Shown here piece after piece: positions 1-14,037 of a stretch of 64,000 nt of DNA. Source of the DNA: Epiperipatus broadwayi (Eukaryota; Animalia; Onychophora). Numbering within the stretch: position 1 is the stretch's first letter; each line of letters opens with the position of its first letter. A model generated the notes under the pieces. The model made no database searches. It saw only the letters and a list, made by a program, of their open reading frames with translations, and had not been told where the DNA came from. Both the position numbers and the translations under genes were made by a program. The stretch covers positions 13,578,001-13,642,000 of the forward strand of contig JAQFVV010000006.1 in the NCBI GenBank assembly GCA_028023455.1. The letters run 5' to 3'.

Positions 1-738
1 ACAAAACAAACTTTTTTTTATTAACTACAGTATTTAATTTTACATTTTTCATATATATTTTAATTATTACCGCTACCGTTCGTTTGTAAACTGGCAAAAA
101 ATCAGATTCGATGTGATATGATGTATTGTGGCTTCTTTAAACGAAGTCAAGAATCTCTCAGCAATTATGGCCCAGAGAAACCTATTAGCCACTTTATTTT
201 TATTCATGATGTGATGTACAACTAGCGTCAGTTTCAGTCTTGTGTTGTGTTAATGGTTTTCTGTTTCTATATTAAAAAAAATGAAATCGCAAACAAAACA
301 AAAAGATTGTACATTATCATTAGAAAGATTATTTCAGTTCATAAAATCTTCGTTTTTTATTTTAAAAATCTAAAAGATTATTTATTTATGTTATATATAA
401 CAAAATATTTTAAAAGATTAAATTTTTTGAATATTTATTGCGATATTTTTATATGTAAGTATAAATCTATGATTATTATTTACTCATTAGTATAAATAAG
501 TTATTTACATAGAAGCTAAAATTCTAAATACAGCTTCAGGCCATATTCACGTTAGCTGCTAATATAACATTATATTTTTGAAGAAAAAAAAAAGTATTTC
601 AAGTGAAAATAAGTTATTAATAATTTAAATTTCTTGATATCTAATAAATATAGTGAAATATGAAAGATATTAAGAAGAAACATGAATCGCATAACTTCAA
701 AATCGCATTAAAATAATCCACTAAAATGAGACCCAGGT
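1..738 (+). mobile_element. Right part of a TIR MITE (second copy of 42468-43427), in TMEM120 intron
   Basis: Aligns by eye to ~42705-43427 with scattered substitutions; ends in the same terminal repeat (...aaaatgagacccaggt) followed by TA. Confidence 0.85.
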
Positions 739-1579
739 ATAATGTGTTTTAAAACTTTCTGGGACTGTTCTTATATTCCGGAATTGTAACATCCACTTCA
801 TTGTATTTAGCATGATGAGTGAAGAATGAATAACAATCTTACAAAAAAGACTGTGAACTTGTCATGGTTTTATGGGAGAGGCAAACCATATTTATTTTAT
901 AAAAATTTGTTTACGAACATACAGTATTGATTTCTTTCAATAGAATGATATGACTGAGGGCAGACTACCGTTGAATGGGAATATATATTAATAAGCATTG
1001 AAATATTACGGTTTACATATTGATTCATATGATCATACACAAAAGCTTTTTTTTTTAATTTTGTTCTTTTTTGTCACTTTTTCTTTCTCTCTTTTATCTT
1101 GGGTTAGTATATTCATAATTGTTTATTGGTGGATATTGATGATTATTTAAGATTGGTCCTACCAGTGGCTTAGCTAAAATTTTTGGCCCATATGCATTGA
1201 CTTAATTTACTTCACGGTAGCTATCGTACTGCGACTTGTACATAAATTCACAAGAGTTTTGTGAAAATGGGAAATATGGAAATTGATACGGTTGGAAATA
1301 GAGAAATTACTTGTTGAGTTAATAAAGTATTGTCTACTTTATCGAATTACCAAAGCCATGATACACTATGAGGTTTAATGGGATGGTAGAATAGTAAACT
1401 CTAGAATTCAGGGTCTGTAAATTGTGGCTTTAACTAACATTTCTGGTGTTGAAGTTTCTTCCCAAGCAATAAACTGTTTATCTCTTTATTTATATCTTAA
1501 CCTTTGTAAATCATTTGGTATTTTTTATATTACTATGAAGACTATCTATAGATTCATTTTTTCATAATATAGGCTGAAC

Positions 1580-1665
1580 CATTGTGGTTTAGTGCATTGT
1601 AGAATGACAGACTCTGGAGTTCCAAGTCCTTGGTTCATGGTTCAAGTTCGGTGCTCGAACTTCAT
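1580..1665 (+). mobile_element. tRNA-derived SINE-like head (degenerate)
   Basis: gtggtttagtg...agaatgacagactctggagttccaag...ggttcaagttc has A/B-box-like motifs; related degenerate copies near 3080-3140 (+) and 48010-48075 (-). Confidence 0.4.
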
Positions 1666-3153
1666 ATGAACTCCCGAGCAATTAACTATTCAGTGGTTAT
1701 TATTTACCATAATCGTAGTGATTAAGAGAGAGAGAGAGAGAAGTATTTAAAAATCTGGCTCTGAAAAGATTCCTAGCAAATGCACCCTTATGCATTAATA
1801 GCAGCCTTTAACACGTTGCTGCTGCTGTAAGAAAATAATATCGTAAGAATTGTTCTGCATGTAGACGAATAAAAATGAAGCATATAAAATTTAAATGATC
1901 AAAATGTAATATGAGATGGGTTAGATTTATGATATTTTTGCTGAAGACATTATTTTTTGATATATCGAATTTGGGAATAGAGAAGTGTGTAAACATTTTG
2001 AATTCTAATAGGATTGCTCTAGTCATAAACTATTCGATTTTGATTATGGTGACCTTTAATACATGAAAATTTTGACTGAGCATGTGTTTTGCAATTGGTT
2101 GCCTTGGCTACAGGTTGAGATTGTTGATAGCTTAAGTGTTGATTGTTTTCATCCTGGTTTTTGTATTTTTAAAAACAAACTTATTGAGCTGTAAAATAAT
2201 TGACATTAAAAGGATTAAAATAAACCCTAATCTCAGCAACTATATGAATGTTACTCCCCCCCCGTCAGTTGTTAAAACTGATTATGTTATGTTTGTATTT
2301 TTGTTTTTATCAACTAGGTTTATACTCATCTGTTCAGCGCAGCTTAATCTGGTATCTTTACTCCAAACCTGATAGTAATTGAAGGTCCATTTACTGACCT
2401 GTTTAATACTAGATGACTTAAGGATCTTGTGGTGTAATAGTAATGCATTGGGCTACCATGCTGAATAAAAAATTTTCACATTTAATCAGGCTTAGGGTTT
2501 CTTTCCAAATGGCCGGCACTTAGCCAAACTATACAGCATTTCTCAGTAAATGGATGTCTAGTTGTTCTTTAGTAATGAACGAGGATGAAAACCACCTATT
2601 TCATGAACACTCTGCAATAGGCAAACCTGGTGAGTACTGCCTTCATCATTCATTTATGAGGGGGTGTCAGAAAAGCCTTTGATCATCTGCATGGGTTATT
2701 TAAAGTTATTACATTTTACCTACTTGTTGACTAAGCTGCTGCTAGTAAGTTGTATATCATTGCATCTTATTTATTATAATCCCCGTTTGCCACAGTTTTA
2801 TTGATGTCTTAACCTGGTTTTGTCATATGATAACCATTAGGATTTAAAGAAGGCTGAGGATATTCAGAAATAGCAAAGTATTTAAAACAATTAATAAAAT
2901 CAATAATTATGGTGATATAACTAAAATGTTGTATTACTGATATATTAATCTATCTGATTTCTTTTTTTTTTTTTTTGAATAATGATAAGATTTAGCATTT
3001 TCATACAGAAAGTTAATTTCATTGATTCGTCAAAGGATGAGGTCCTTCCCCATTAAATTATATGTTTGATATTATTCCCTCCATGGTTTAGTGTAGTGAT
3101 AGAATAGTCTGCGTTCAAGCTCTATGGCTCTCGATTCATTCTGTCATTTCGTA

Positions 3154-3320
3154 GGCTTGAGCTTTCTACAGAATTCCAAGCAATAAAAACCATTCAATTT
3201 TTTCAGGGCTTAAACTTTTTACGAACTCTCAAGTTCGTGGGCTTGAGCTTTCTACAGAATTACATGCAATAAAAACCATTCAATTTTTTCAGGGCTTAAA
3301 CTTTTTACGAACTCTCAAGC
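3154..3320. repeat. 86-bp tandem duplication
   Basis: ggcttgagctttctacagaatt...acgaactctcaag occurs twice, c3156 vs c3242. Confidence 0.9.
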
Positions 3321-3438
3321 AATAAATTCTTGATTATTTTTGCATGGTATTATTTTAAGAGATCATATTTATTTTATTTTTTTCAGGAGGAAAAGGATAT
3401 AATTATTGTATCAAAATTATATTTGCACATATTTTTAG

Positions 3439-3572
3439 AGGGATTCCATTCATGGATGTGGCGAGGATTGTCTTTCCTTTTACCATTTCTGTTTGGCTAC
3501 TACTTTTTCCAGCTGTATAACGCTTATATTCTGTATCATATTAGTCAACTTCCAGATTGTATAGAGTGGCAG
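3439..3572 (+). CDS. TMEM120: TMEM120 (TACAN family) penultimate coding exon: [45 protein letters not shown]
   Basis: Acceptor atttttag at 3438, donor gtaagg at 3573; peptide matches the recalled TMEM120A/B segment EGFQSWMWRGLTFLLPFLF...CKEWQ. Upstream exons not found in the window. Confidence 0.95.
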
Positions 3573-4445
3573 GTAAGGTATTATTTTTTATGAATTTCTT
3601 CCCCGTGCACACACACCCTAATCTTAATTAAGATAGGATTTTCTGAATCGTGGATTTTCACTTTCATTTAATTTTAATGTAAATGTAATGTTAATATGAA
3701 ACTTCTTTGTTTTCCAGCCATTCCGAATTAAGAAAACTTATAGTAATGATTCTACAAAATACTCTTGATTCTTATATAAACTTGCCGCACCTTTGATGTA
3801 GTCAAACACAGATAGAAATTTGAATGTCTTAAATAATATAACTGGTCACAACATATTTAAGGCATTTGGTTTCAAGATTTTATATGAAATCTTTATCTAT
3901 CGTGATACTAAATCTTATATAAATAACAGAAAAATAGAATTGTATTCGTATATAACTTGAAGAAATGAATGATTAAGAGGTGATTTGTATCCCTACTGCA
4001 AACAGAAGCATATAGTGCGAGCATGATACTTGCAAGATTACTGCATTTACAACATGTTTTACATATTAAACTTACATTCGTATTGCATCTTTAACTGTTC
4101 TCTTTTCCAAGTATGCACTTTCCAGGTGGCACGGCATATGTATAAATGTCCTGCCCACACATTTTTTCAAAGTTATGTTTATTTTTACTTTCGTTTGCCG
4201 TAACCTTGATGAGCAGTTGTAATTTGATGAAGTATAAGTTTTAATTTTTGTTTTAGATCTCTGAGTGAAACGTTTTTTTCATACATCAATAATGGCAATA
4301 AAATATTTTTTTTTTACTCAAGTTATATTCATTTTTGTGTTTCAAAGTTTGTGATGACATTTTATAAGGAATTATATGTTGAACTATTATCCGTCATCTA
4401 ATGTTGGAAGAGAGGAAGCAGTACCAAGAAGAAAATTTAAAGACG

Positions 4446-4995
4446 CTGCTCACATGACAATGGCAAATAAGCCTATAATTCATAATGTCTCAAAGCCACA
4501 AATTAACGATCTTAAGGGAAAAGGGGAGAAATCAGGAGGAGCCTCATAGATAAGTATGTGAAATTTCTACTGATTTCTGTCTTTAGTAATTGTTAGAACA
4601 TTACCTTACATTCATTATTCAAAAATCTAACGACTCTGGTTTGACTCCCATGCTAATACTGTCAATAATCAGGTGAATAACGTCTGAAGAAGTGTGAATA
4701 ATACCTGCTCACATGACAATGGCAAACAATCCCATAAGTCAACCTAGTGTGATTATACATAATGTATGGAAACCACTAATCAACCCTGCTCTTAGGAAAA
4801 AGTGAAAAAATCAGGAGGAACCTCTTAGATAAGTATATGAAATTTCTACTGTCTTTGGCAGGATGGCTCAGTTAGTTAGAGTGTTACCTTAAAATTCAAT
4901 ATTCAAGAATGTAAGAGTCCAAGTTCGATTCCCATGCTAGTACTGTCATTAGTCAGGCCAGCAACACCTGAAGAAGAAGGGAGAATAATACCTCT
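4446..4995 (+). repeat. Two tandem ~260-bp units, each containing a tRNA-like (Pol III A/B box) segment
   Basis: ctgctcacatgacaatggcaaa at ~4446 and ~4705; second unit has tggctcagttagttagag (A box) and gttcgattccc (B box) at ~4864-4933. Confidence 0.7.
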
Positions 4996-6099
4996 CAAAA
5001 TGCTGTGCCTATACTAACCTGTGTGCTATTACTAATAATTAAATGTATTTCGAATATTTAAATAAAGTTAAATTTTTCTAAAGACATTCAATACTCATAT
5101 TAGATGATGGAAATAGTTCAATATATAAATATATCTAAAACACCATCAACACAAACCTTTAGGGAAACAACATTCTTTAATAATTCAAGTAATGATATAA
5201 CAGACTTCTACCGCAAGTAATGATATAACAGACTTCTACCGCATAGAGGATATTAAAGAACAGATAGTGCTCGTGGATCTTACCAAATGGCAAAAGTTTC
5301 CAACATTTTTTTTTTTTTTTGATTAACACTATAACTAGATACTCTTTACCTACCAATAATCGCATATATGAGTTGGTTATGGGTGAACTAATTTTAAAAA
5401 AATAAAACAATTCTAAACCTTGTTTAAAATCTTGATAGTCTCACTTCAAATCATAGATTTTGACCACAGCAGACAGATTAAATTTCTGATCAAAGGGAAC
5501 TTTTAAAACTTCAAGCATCATGGATTGTTATTTGTGGACATCAGTATAGAATTGCATGTATTCTACAAATATGTACTTTTTCTATTAAATTGTAATTTTA
5601 TCATAAGCATTTTTACCCGCTCACACAAAAAAGATTGTTTTGTTTTATATTTTCCAAATATAACTGAGCATGCTTTCCGCCTAAACGATCAAATCCGTTG
5701 TGAGATTAATTAAAATACCAATTCAACAGGCATTATGCAGATTTATAAATTTTACATATTCCATTTTTTTGACAAAGCAATGCAAAAGTTTTTTTTCTTA
5801 ATGGCATGGGGGTCATTAGCGATCAACCACGCCTCTTTGCTTTTCCTCTTTCATTCATTGCGCTTAGCACACATTATTGTTAAACAACAACGTATATATA
5901 TATTCCAGGTTCTTGGTTTATTTTATTGTATATTTAATGTATTCAGAATGGATTCAAGCATTTCATTGCACATATTGGTAATGAAGGCATAGCACAGCTT
6001 TTGTCCAATTGGTTCATTTAATGCCAACGAAGGATCAGGAGTTTTAGTGCTGACCAGCACTGAATAGAGATGCAGTGGAAAACTTGGAAAAAATTTTTA

Positions 6100-6420
6100 G
6101 AGCTCATCTTTTTAAAAAAGTTCAGAATTATCCGAGCGGATATGTTTTCTATGACTCTGTATGGAATTGAAGCTTGGACATTGGAAATGGGTAGGAAAAA
6201 TATTGATGTCTTTGAACTGTAAGGAATTTTGAAAATGGTAAAAAAATATTCGCAAACAATAAGAAAAAGGAAAAAATATATGACAATTTATTAGATTAAA
6301 TCTAACTCTTCATTCAAAGTATGAAGTTGAAATTATTTTATTAATGAAGTAGTCTCATTTTTTATAAAAATTTATACCGCTAAGAAAAGAAATGACCACA
6401 ATGAATGAAGTAGATGGACT
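6100..6420 (+). mobile_element. RTE-like non-LTR retrotransposon 3' relic
   Basis: Translates FSMTLYGIEAWTLEMGRKNIDVFEL*GILKM, resembling the LYGCEAWTL..AFEMWC motif downstream of RTE RT domains; disrupted by stops. Confidence 0.55.
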
Positions 6421-6869
6421 CTTTCATCACAAGTGTGTATTTGAGCAGCCCAAAACCTATCAGATGGTATTTCATTCAAGAGAATGTTAATCATATTTCT
6501 AGGAGTCAGTTTGTACTGGATGGTACGTAATAATAATAATCTAATGCATGGTTGTGTATTATAATGATCTTATTGAATATGTAAATAACTTTTATATCAT
6601 CACATATGTAGTGCTAATAATATAAACCTACTGACAGAACACTTGGGTCCAAAAACATTTCCAAGATAATACATAAGCCATATCTCCAAAGAAACATTTT
6701 TACTTGAACTTGTAAGTAATGTCCCATACAATTAAAAATGATTCTTTTGGTTTTGTGAATTATCTTAGTAATATTTTTGGATTTGAATGTTCTGTGGTTT
6801 GTGGTTATGTATATATATATGTTTGTGTGTGTGTTATTAAAATCTTATTTGTATATTTTTTTATTTTAG

Positions 6870-7004
6870 GTGCCTGTTCTCAGTGGCATGTTCCTTCTTA
6901 TGTTTTTTGGCAACACGTTAACAACATTAGCTGTCATCAGACAAAAGACAGATAGTGCCGTAGTACCTCAGAATTCACTAAATAGTAAATATAAAATAAC
7001 GTAA
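6870..7004 (+). CDS. TMEM120: TMEM120 terminal coding exon: VPVLSGMFLLMFFGNTLTTLAVIRQKTDSAVVPQNSLNSKYKIT*
   Basis: Acceptor ttattttag at 6869, phase 0 in register with previous exon; matches last TM helix (VLMCGFPFLLLFLGNFFTTLRVV); TAA 7002-7004. Confidence 0.93.
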   Translation: MPVLSGMFLLMFFGNTLTTLAVIRQKTDSAVVPQNSLNSKYKIT

Positions 7005-7879
7005 CTGAAAGTTAGATCCATACCGTGCTGTTAATAGCTTTTTTCCAACAAAATTTACTGTAATTAAAATGTAAGATTCCAATTTTAAAAAAATGTACAT
7101 TGGAGACTACGAAAAACACTTATTGTTTCTAAATAATCTTTTAAAAAAAATTTATCTTCTTTCTACAGTTTAAAGGCTGACCATCGTCTTGTTTTCCAGT
7201 CATTTAAATAAAATTACATACTTTATATGTACATATGTATTAAATCTTAGAAGGTACTGTTAATTTGTATACAGTACTAATAAAGTGCATGTCATGTAAT
7301 TAAGCTTATGTGCCAAATAAACATGATTTCTTGCGGGAGAAAAGACATAAGATTTGTTTATTTTGTGTATAAGCCAAGACGTGTAAGAAAGAATTTCAGA
7401 TGATTTGTAGCTGTAAAATTTTATATTAAAAATACTTTTTTTAACAAAATGGTATTTTTTATTCATTGATTTCCTTTTCTTGTGTATTTTAGGGCAACGG
7501 TAGACCGATGAATTCGAAAATTAAAAGTTCCTGATTGAACCATTATCAACTTATTTTTGTTGTTCAAAGATCACATGGCCATCTAAGCAACTAACCATTT
7601 GATTTTTTTTTTAATTGTATTTACATAAGTTGTGTCTTTTTCTTTTCTGATTCATCAATTATTAATAGAAAATTTGAATTTTCATGCAAAAGACAAAATG
7701 ATATTATTAACGTGTCGAATATGTTAGAATTTGCTATCTTTTTTTACAAATTTTTATTTTTTTAAGCTAACGTTAAAAACCTTTCATTTTAAACAGTAGT
7801 TAATCTGTAATAACATGTGCATGCACTGATATGTATAAAGACTATGCAGTAACTAATAAAATTTGTTTGTGTAATAAGA

Positions 7880-7974
7880 TGTCAAGCATTAGCCGAGAGG
7901 TCAGCGCATCAGACAGTTGTTGCGGGCTTGCAAGCAGACAGTTGCGAGTTCGCTTTCCGATCGATGCTATGACA
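7880..7974 (+). pseudogene. tRNA-like pseudogene or SINE head
   Basis: A box tagccgagagg, degenerate B box gagttcgctttcc, complementary ends tgtcaagcat/atgctatgaca; no clean anticodon arm. Confidence 0.5.
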
Positions 7975-9199
7975 TATAGAAAGAAAAAAAAACAAATGTG
8001 GTTTTTCACAATACAAAAATAGCTAGAGTGACAGGCTCAAGAGGTAAGATATGAATCAATTCCTGAGAAAAATGAAAGCATACACGTTTGTTCGTTGAAT
8101 ATTACATGATCTATGAGCAAGTGATTGCAGTAGTCCCCTATAGTCTAAACTTTCCAGTGGACGTTTGAAACCATTATAATATACATGGATATTTGACATG
8201 TTCACAATACAATAATAAATTGAGACAGTAACCACATATTAGATGTGGGAAGTGTTTGATAGATTATTCATGACTATAAATAGTGATTCTGCAGATATTG
8301 CTTTGAGGGAAGGTAGTGCCATGAACTATTTTTATATCAGGATATAGGCTATAAATTTCAAAATCTGCGATGAAATAAAATCTTTGCCGATAGAAATAAT
8401 ATCAAATAGTATCTAAAACTGTAAGTTAATTTATTATTGAAAGATATATTTACTATATATTGTAATAGTTATACTTAGCATAGATCAACATTTTACATTT
8501 TTTCTATTTATATATTTACATAAATTACACGCGTACCACCTGGCTTTAAGCATCAGGAAATAACATGTATGTTTAAACAATATTCAATAATAATACCATT
8601 ACGCAGCCCAATTTGTAATGCCAGGCTAAATTGCGGAGAACATAAGTTACAATGAATGACTGTAGACCACGCATACATAAACAAAGTAATAAATGACGTA
8701 ATAATTTATTTACAAGTGTACTTATTAATTGATGTAGAATTTATTTTCTTTAATAAAATTAACAAACCATGTAACAGTAATTTAATTACAAAGTATAATC
8801 ATTAATTGATATGCATTTTATTTCATTATCAGTCCTTTAATCTTTATACATTATAGCATCAATATATTCATAGATAATATAACACATTTGCCTTATCCTG
8901 ACTTGAACTATATCAGCGACCTAGGAACCATATTGAATTTTTAAAAAACTGACTTGAGACATAATTTTCACAATAACTTCAGGTTTAATCATGTTAGAGC
9001 AACATGCTATATATTGACAGAAAATAGAAAAACCAATGAAAATAATATAGCTTAGACAAATAGTGATTGCTATTAAAAAGGTAAGGAAAAAAAAGAAATT
9101 TCAACATCCGAATTGTTCATAATTTATCATTAATTAATTTTAAATTACATCTTCATTGATAATTTCATTGTATTCCTCACAAAATTCTCATTCAAACCA

Positions 9200-9850
9200 T
9201 ATATAATACTTTATATCTGAGATAATTCATAGCTTCAGAATCTCAAAAAATAATCATATAAGAATTCTTACATTTTTGTCTTGTAACTCAAAAGTTAACA
9301 AATCTCAAGGCATCTATAAGAAAAAGATTCATCCCAATAAAAGATACAAAATAAATCATTTCCAGAAGATGGATATGCATTTGTCATCATAGCAATTGGC
9401 TTATTGTCTATCCAAAACTAGAAATTGAAGGTTACTGTCTATATCGATGATAAAATGAGTTTCATCTCTTTTACATTTTTTGTGTACAAGTCATGTTTAT
9501 ATTCTTTGTGCCCACCAGTGATGCTATCTTGTTATATGTATTGTCCCACAGAGATATAATTTATTTTGCATGTAGCTGATTTGCAGCTATAGTATAGACT
9601 TGAAAATAATATGATGCAATATGTGGCAAAACTACCGAGTCCACTGCATGAATACCAAGGCCTAGGCAAGAATCAAGATTTGATTCTTTGCCTGCATACA
9701 ATTCCATGTGGTATACATAACCATTGTGGGTAATAATATACACCATTTGAAATCTATTGGTTTTAAGTATTTATATTTTCACATGGTCCTATACCCAGTA
9801 AATTTTGTGATTGCTTTATCAACTGCAACCTTTCTGTACATCTGATAATC
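9200..9850 (-). mobile_element. piggyBac transposase relic
   Basis: Frameshifted fragments VAVDKAITKFTG, KP.DFKW, NGYVYHMELYAGK and WIDNKPIAMM resemble piggyBac DE.M..F.GR, KP.K.G.K, GY....E.Y.GK and W.D.K.V.MLST motifs. Confidence 0.7.
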
Positions 9851-11095
9851 AGTCTTAAAATTTTTAATTCCACTGCTCTATATTACCTTAATTATATATA
9901 TCAATAATTGTTATACAAACACAGACATGCAACTGCAAACACACTAATACATATATAAACATTAATAAATTATTAAACCTTTTGAGAATTATTGTCTATA
10001 AAATAAGGTTGCCTCAAACTGGATCAGAGCCCCAAAACTACATTGTAAATAAACCACTATGTTATATTCGGGTACACACACTAATACAAACACATTAATA
10101 AATTATAATTTATCAAATAAAATTTAAAATATGTAAATAAAGATTTAAATTGAATACTTATGATATTATATTTTATTGGGATGAATGTGTTAAATTGAGA
10201 CATCTTTGATCCATTTGTGCAATTTAGTAAATAGCAGAAAAGAAAATTAAATGAACTTATTAATAAAAAATCCAAATTTTGAAATGTGATAGGCCTTTTT
10301 AAAAAAAAACAATTCAAACAGCAGAGAGTGCCAGGATTTTTGTAAATGTGCTTATAATTTTCCACAATTTTAAAAAAATAATTTGATTATCATGCTACCG
10401 TCTGTGAAATAGTCAATAAACAAATAATTCTACACATGTATGAATTCATAAATATAACATTTTGATTCAGATGTCTCCTAGTAATTATGGGATAGATATT
10501 AATGCTATCTTTATCACAATAATCATAAAGTCCTTTTAGATCCTATTCCTAAACATTTATATAATAATAACTATAAAGAGATAGTCTTTTGGTCCTAACC
10601 CTAACTGAATAAACATATACTTTTAATCCTAAATGTAATTTTAAATAACTACAATATATGCAGGGATGACTCATCCCGAGATCTATCTCTAACTCGTTAA
10701 ACTGATATTCTTCCATATGGATGTAAACTATTAAACAGTGAATAAACAACTGCGTACATATAAATCCATTTACATAAAATCCAATTTTCAATAATCAAAT
10801 ATAAGTTTAACTACGAACAAGGCAGACTAATGGAAATAATTAGATTGTTAGCTATGGTTATTCGAGACTTGGGCAATTTATACGTGTGTATTGCATTTAT
10901 ATAATTATCACTTCCTTTTCCTCTTATTAATAACAAAATTCATAAGCTTAGCATACATATATATATGATAATTATTTTTGTTTTTTAAATAATTTCAACA
11001 AATAAAAGAAGTTATTACAATTTTTTTTTTTTAAACTGACATTTTCTTTCAAAATTATATCTAGATAACAAATATTATTTACAAATTCAGATTAG

Positions 11096-11200
11096 TAATA
11101 TTTACCAAGGCAATAAACATAAGCTTGTGGTTATGACCTGTAGAGGTCCCTACGCATTTTTAACCGCACAGGCTTTAGGTTTATTGCCTTGGTAAATATT
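11096..11200. repeat. ~105-bp inverted-repeat element (mini-MITE-like hairpin)
   Basis: aatatttaccaaggcaataaac...gtttattgccttggtaaatatt arms. Confidence 0.8.
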
Positions 11201-11899
11201 GCTTACGTAATCAATGTGCGTTACATAAATTTATAATTACAACTTTAAATTCAGATTAGTTAAATAAAGTACAAATCAGTCTTTAAATATAAGATTTGCC
11301 TGAACAAAATAATTCATTTTTCTAACAAATATTTTGTTTAGGATGATAATATAGTCATGTAATTTCTAGCTGTTCTTTAAATATGCCTATTCATTTCAAC
11401 TGGAGTTATTCAAAGTATCACTCAAAACTATTCCAAATTAGATCTAGATAACTTAGTACTGTTCCTCCTTTTTATTCACAAGGCAGAGAGAAAATCCTGG
11501 GATTTGAATGAAGTAGTATTCCTTTCAAATCAAGAGAAAAGAAAAATGATTTTTCTTCCACCTCATTTCAGTTTTTTTTTTTTATTTTAAATCAAATTTG
11601 GATATTTTGTTTAGAAAAAAAATATTTTTTTTTTATTAAAATGAATAGTAAATTGTTCATTTCAATATGTTACTATAAAATATTGTTTAAAAAAGTTTTA
11701 TATAACGCAAAAGTTATCTAATTTTTTACAAGTGATGATAACAATATGAAAATACTTTATCTTTCTTATTGCATTGCCAAATCTATTTAATATTAATATC
11801 TATGTTATTATTTTTTAATGATATTAATATGAAAATGCAATGTTATTTTCATGATTGGTGTTGAGATTAAAATATTGATCTAATATTTGCAAAATGAGC

Positions 11900-12300
11900 C
11901 AGTATAGATATGTGTGAAAACAGACCATGAGTCCCATATGGCTATTTAAATTGCATAGCTGGATTGGAAGACATGTGGAGGTCTGAAAATTTCAGATTTT
12001 CTATTTAATAGTTATCCATTATATAAAGTACTGGGCTTGCCTTCGTATTTCTAACTTAATGCTTAAATATCCTAGCACCTCACTGAGGAAGCCAGTAGCA
12101 GAAACCAGTCTGGGTTGGGGATATTCTGCAAAACTTGTTAATAGCTTATTTGCAAGCTCTATATATAATAATAGTTTGGGGATATCAGAAAACACTGAAT
12201 AAGGACTAAAATACACAAGCTTCTAGCATTTATTGATTACTAAAGCTTACACTAGGTGGCACTTCTGTATGGAGAAATTTGCTACTCTTTCAACAGCTTT
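11900..12300 (+). mobile_element. Family A (A2 subtype) HHR-bearing repeat; HHR core ~12078-12114
   Basis: cctca CTGAGGA agc cagta gca GAAA ccag TC tggg; flanks similar to 29230-29560 and 54150-54450. Confidence 0.7.
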
Positions 12301-12619
12301 TGTAATCATAAAGGTGATCATGGGATATTTTAATGGTTTAAATATAATAATTGGATCAGAAAACATTTCAACTGCTAATTATATCAATTACTAGGTATCA
12401 TTAAATTAGCTTTAGGAAATGTAAAAATGATATTTGCATTCCTCATTTTATAAGAACGACCAGATTGATATGATATCAATCAGGGCAAACATCCAATTAT
12501 ATACAGTTGCAAAGAATCTCGTTCAATATGGCTAATAATATAATTTCACAAGGTAGAGATAACACTTATGAATAAATCAGTCAATATAATTCCAAACATT
12601 ACATAATCACTAGATCATG

Positions 12620-13430
12620 CATCATCCTTTATTAAATTTGATTTTGACAATAGAGAGCAGAAGTATGGACAGCAAGGGAGGCAATTCAAGGAGAAATGGG
12701 ATGGTCAAGTTTTCATACAAGAGATGCAAAAAGTAAAATGAAAATGTTTGGTAGATTGCAGGGTATGGATAATAAAAGAATAGCTAAAATAGTATTTAAT
12801 TGGGTTGTGAGTAAAGGGCAGGTAACAAGATGGGTGAGAAAGGTAATGTGGTATGCAAAAGATTTGGATAAAGAATTTATATTTGTACAAAAGATGGGAT
12901 GATTGTGTTAAAAGGATTATTGAGTGTTATAGTAGTAAGGAATGGGATAAAAGAATAAATTTATTAATAAAGACTAGGGAGTTAGAGAGATGGAGAAATA
13001 GTATGGAGAGTAAAAAGAGTTTAAATATATATAGAAATAAACAGAATATTAGGTGTGAGTTAATATATGATAATAGTAAGGAAAGTAGTTTATTGTTTAA
13101 GGCTCGAACGGGATCTTTAGCTACAAAAGAATATACATGTAAATGGAAAAATATGGGTGATTTATTTTGTAAATGATGTAAGGAAGAAATAGAAAATATT
13201 AGGCATTTGTTAATTGAATGTAAATGTTTGAAAACAGAAAGGGTACATATAATGAAGTTGTGGAAAAATAAATATGAAAAGAGTGATTATACAGAAAGTG
13301 AATTATTGGTTTTTATGCTGGGTTTGGGAAAAGATAAGGGGGGTTTAGATATAAAGGGTTATAGAGTTGACAACGATTATGTTGTGGAAATGGGATAGAG
13401 CAGATTATGGGTAAATTTAGAGTGGGGAAT
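12620..13430 (+). mobile_element. 5'-truncated non-LTR retrotransposon, C-terminal RT/zinc-knuckle region (stop-disrupted)
   Basis: ORFs 12696-13398 give IYDNSKESSLLFKARTGSL...FCK*CKEEIENIRHLLIECK, the C-x2-C...H...C knuckle typical of LINE ORF2 ends. Confidence 0.8.
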
Positions 13431-14037
13431 GTAAAATAAAGTGGCTAACAGGTTTATCTGGGCATAATTGCTGAGATATTCTTAACTTCGTTTAAGGACA
13501 AGCCATAATACATCACATCACATGAAAAGTTTATGTGCATAATGTATGCTCACTAAGCAATAAAAAGGTTTTATCAATGTTTTTTTAATTGCTGAGATGG
13601 GAGCAATATTTAAGTAATGAGCACATTTTAATTATTTGGTATTACGTAATTTTTATTCAAACAAAAGTGGTTGATTTAAATATTTACTTTTTGTATATTA
13701 AAATATTATTAGTTCAGTCATGATTTGATTTATTAACAGGAATAAAAAAAAAATAATCATGTGGCAATCATCAAGAAGCATATTGGGTACAATTTATTTG
13801 ACCAATGAGACTAATAAGCTGAGAATCAATTAAAGATTTTTCAACTTTTGGATCCTCCATTTGACCACTGCTAAATTGCACAAGTCATTGGTATGATTAA
13901 TATTCAGCTGTACTATCAGTTTTTATTAATCTTTTACAACTTCATATTTTATGTACTTAAATATTATCATCTTTATAGCTAAAGTATAAGAAAAAGTGAT
14001 GGAAATTTTAATTTCTTTAATATGTTTATGGTATAGA

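Noticed and set aside
247-495. 82-aa ORF and most other 60-100-aa ORFs in the track
   Set aside because: F/I/L/K/Y-rich products of AT-rich DNA; this one lies inside the MITE; no motifs or splice support.
4950-5010. CTGAAGA motif in the 260-bp units as a hammerhead
   Set aside because: No GAAA/stem III/NUH in register in either unit.
7880-7974. Functional tRNA gene
   Set aside because: B box and anticodon/T arms do not fit a cloverleaf; kept only as pseudogene or SINE head.
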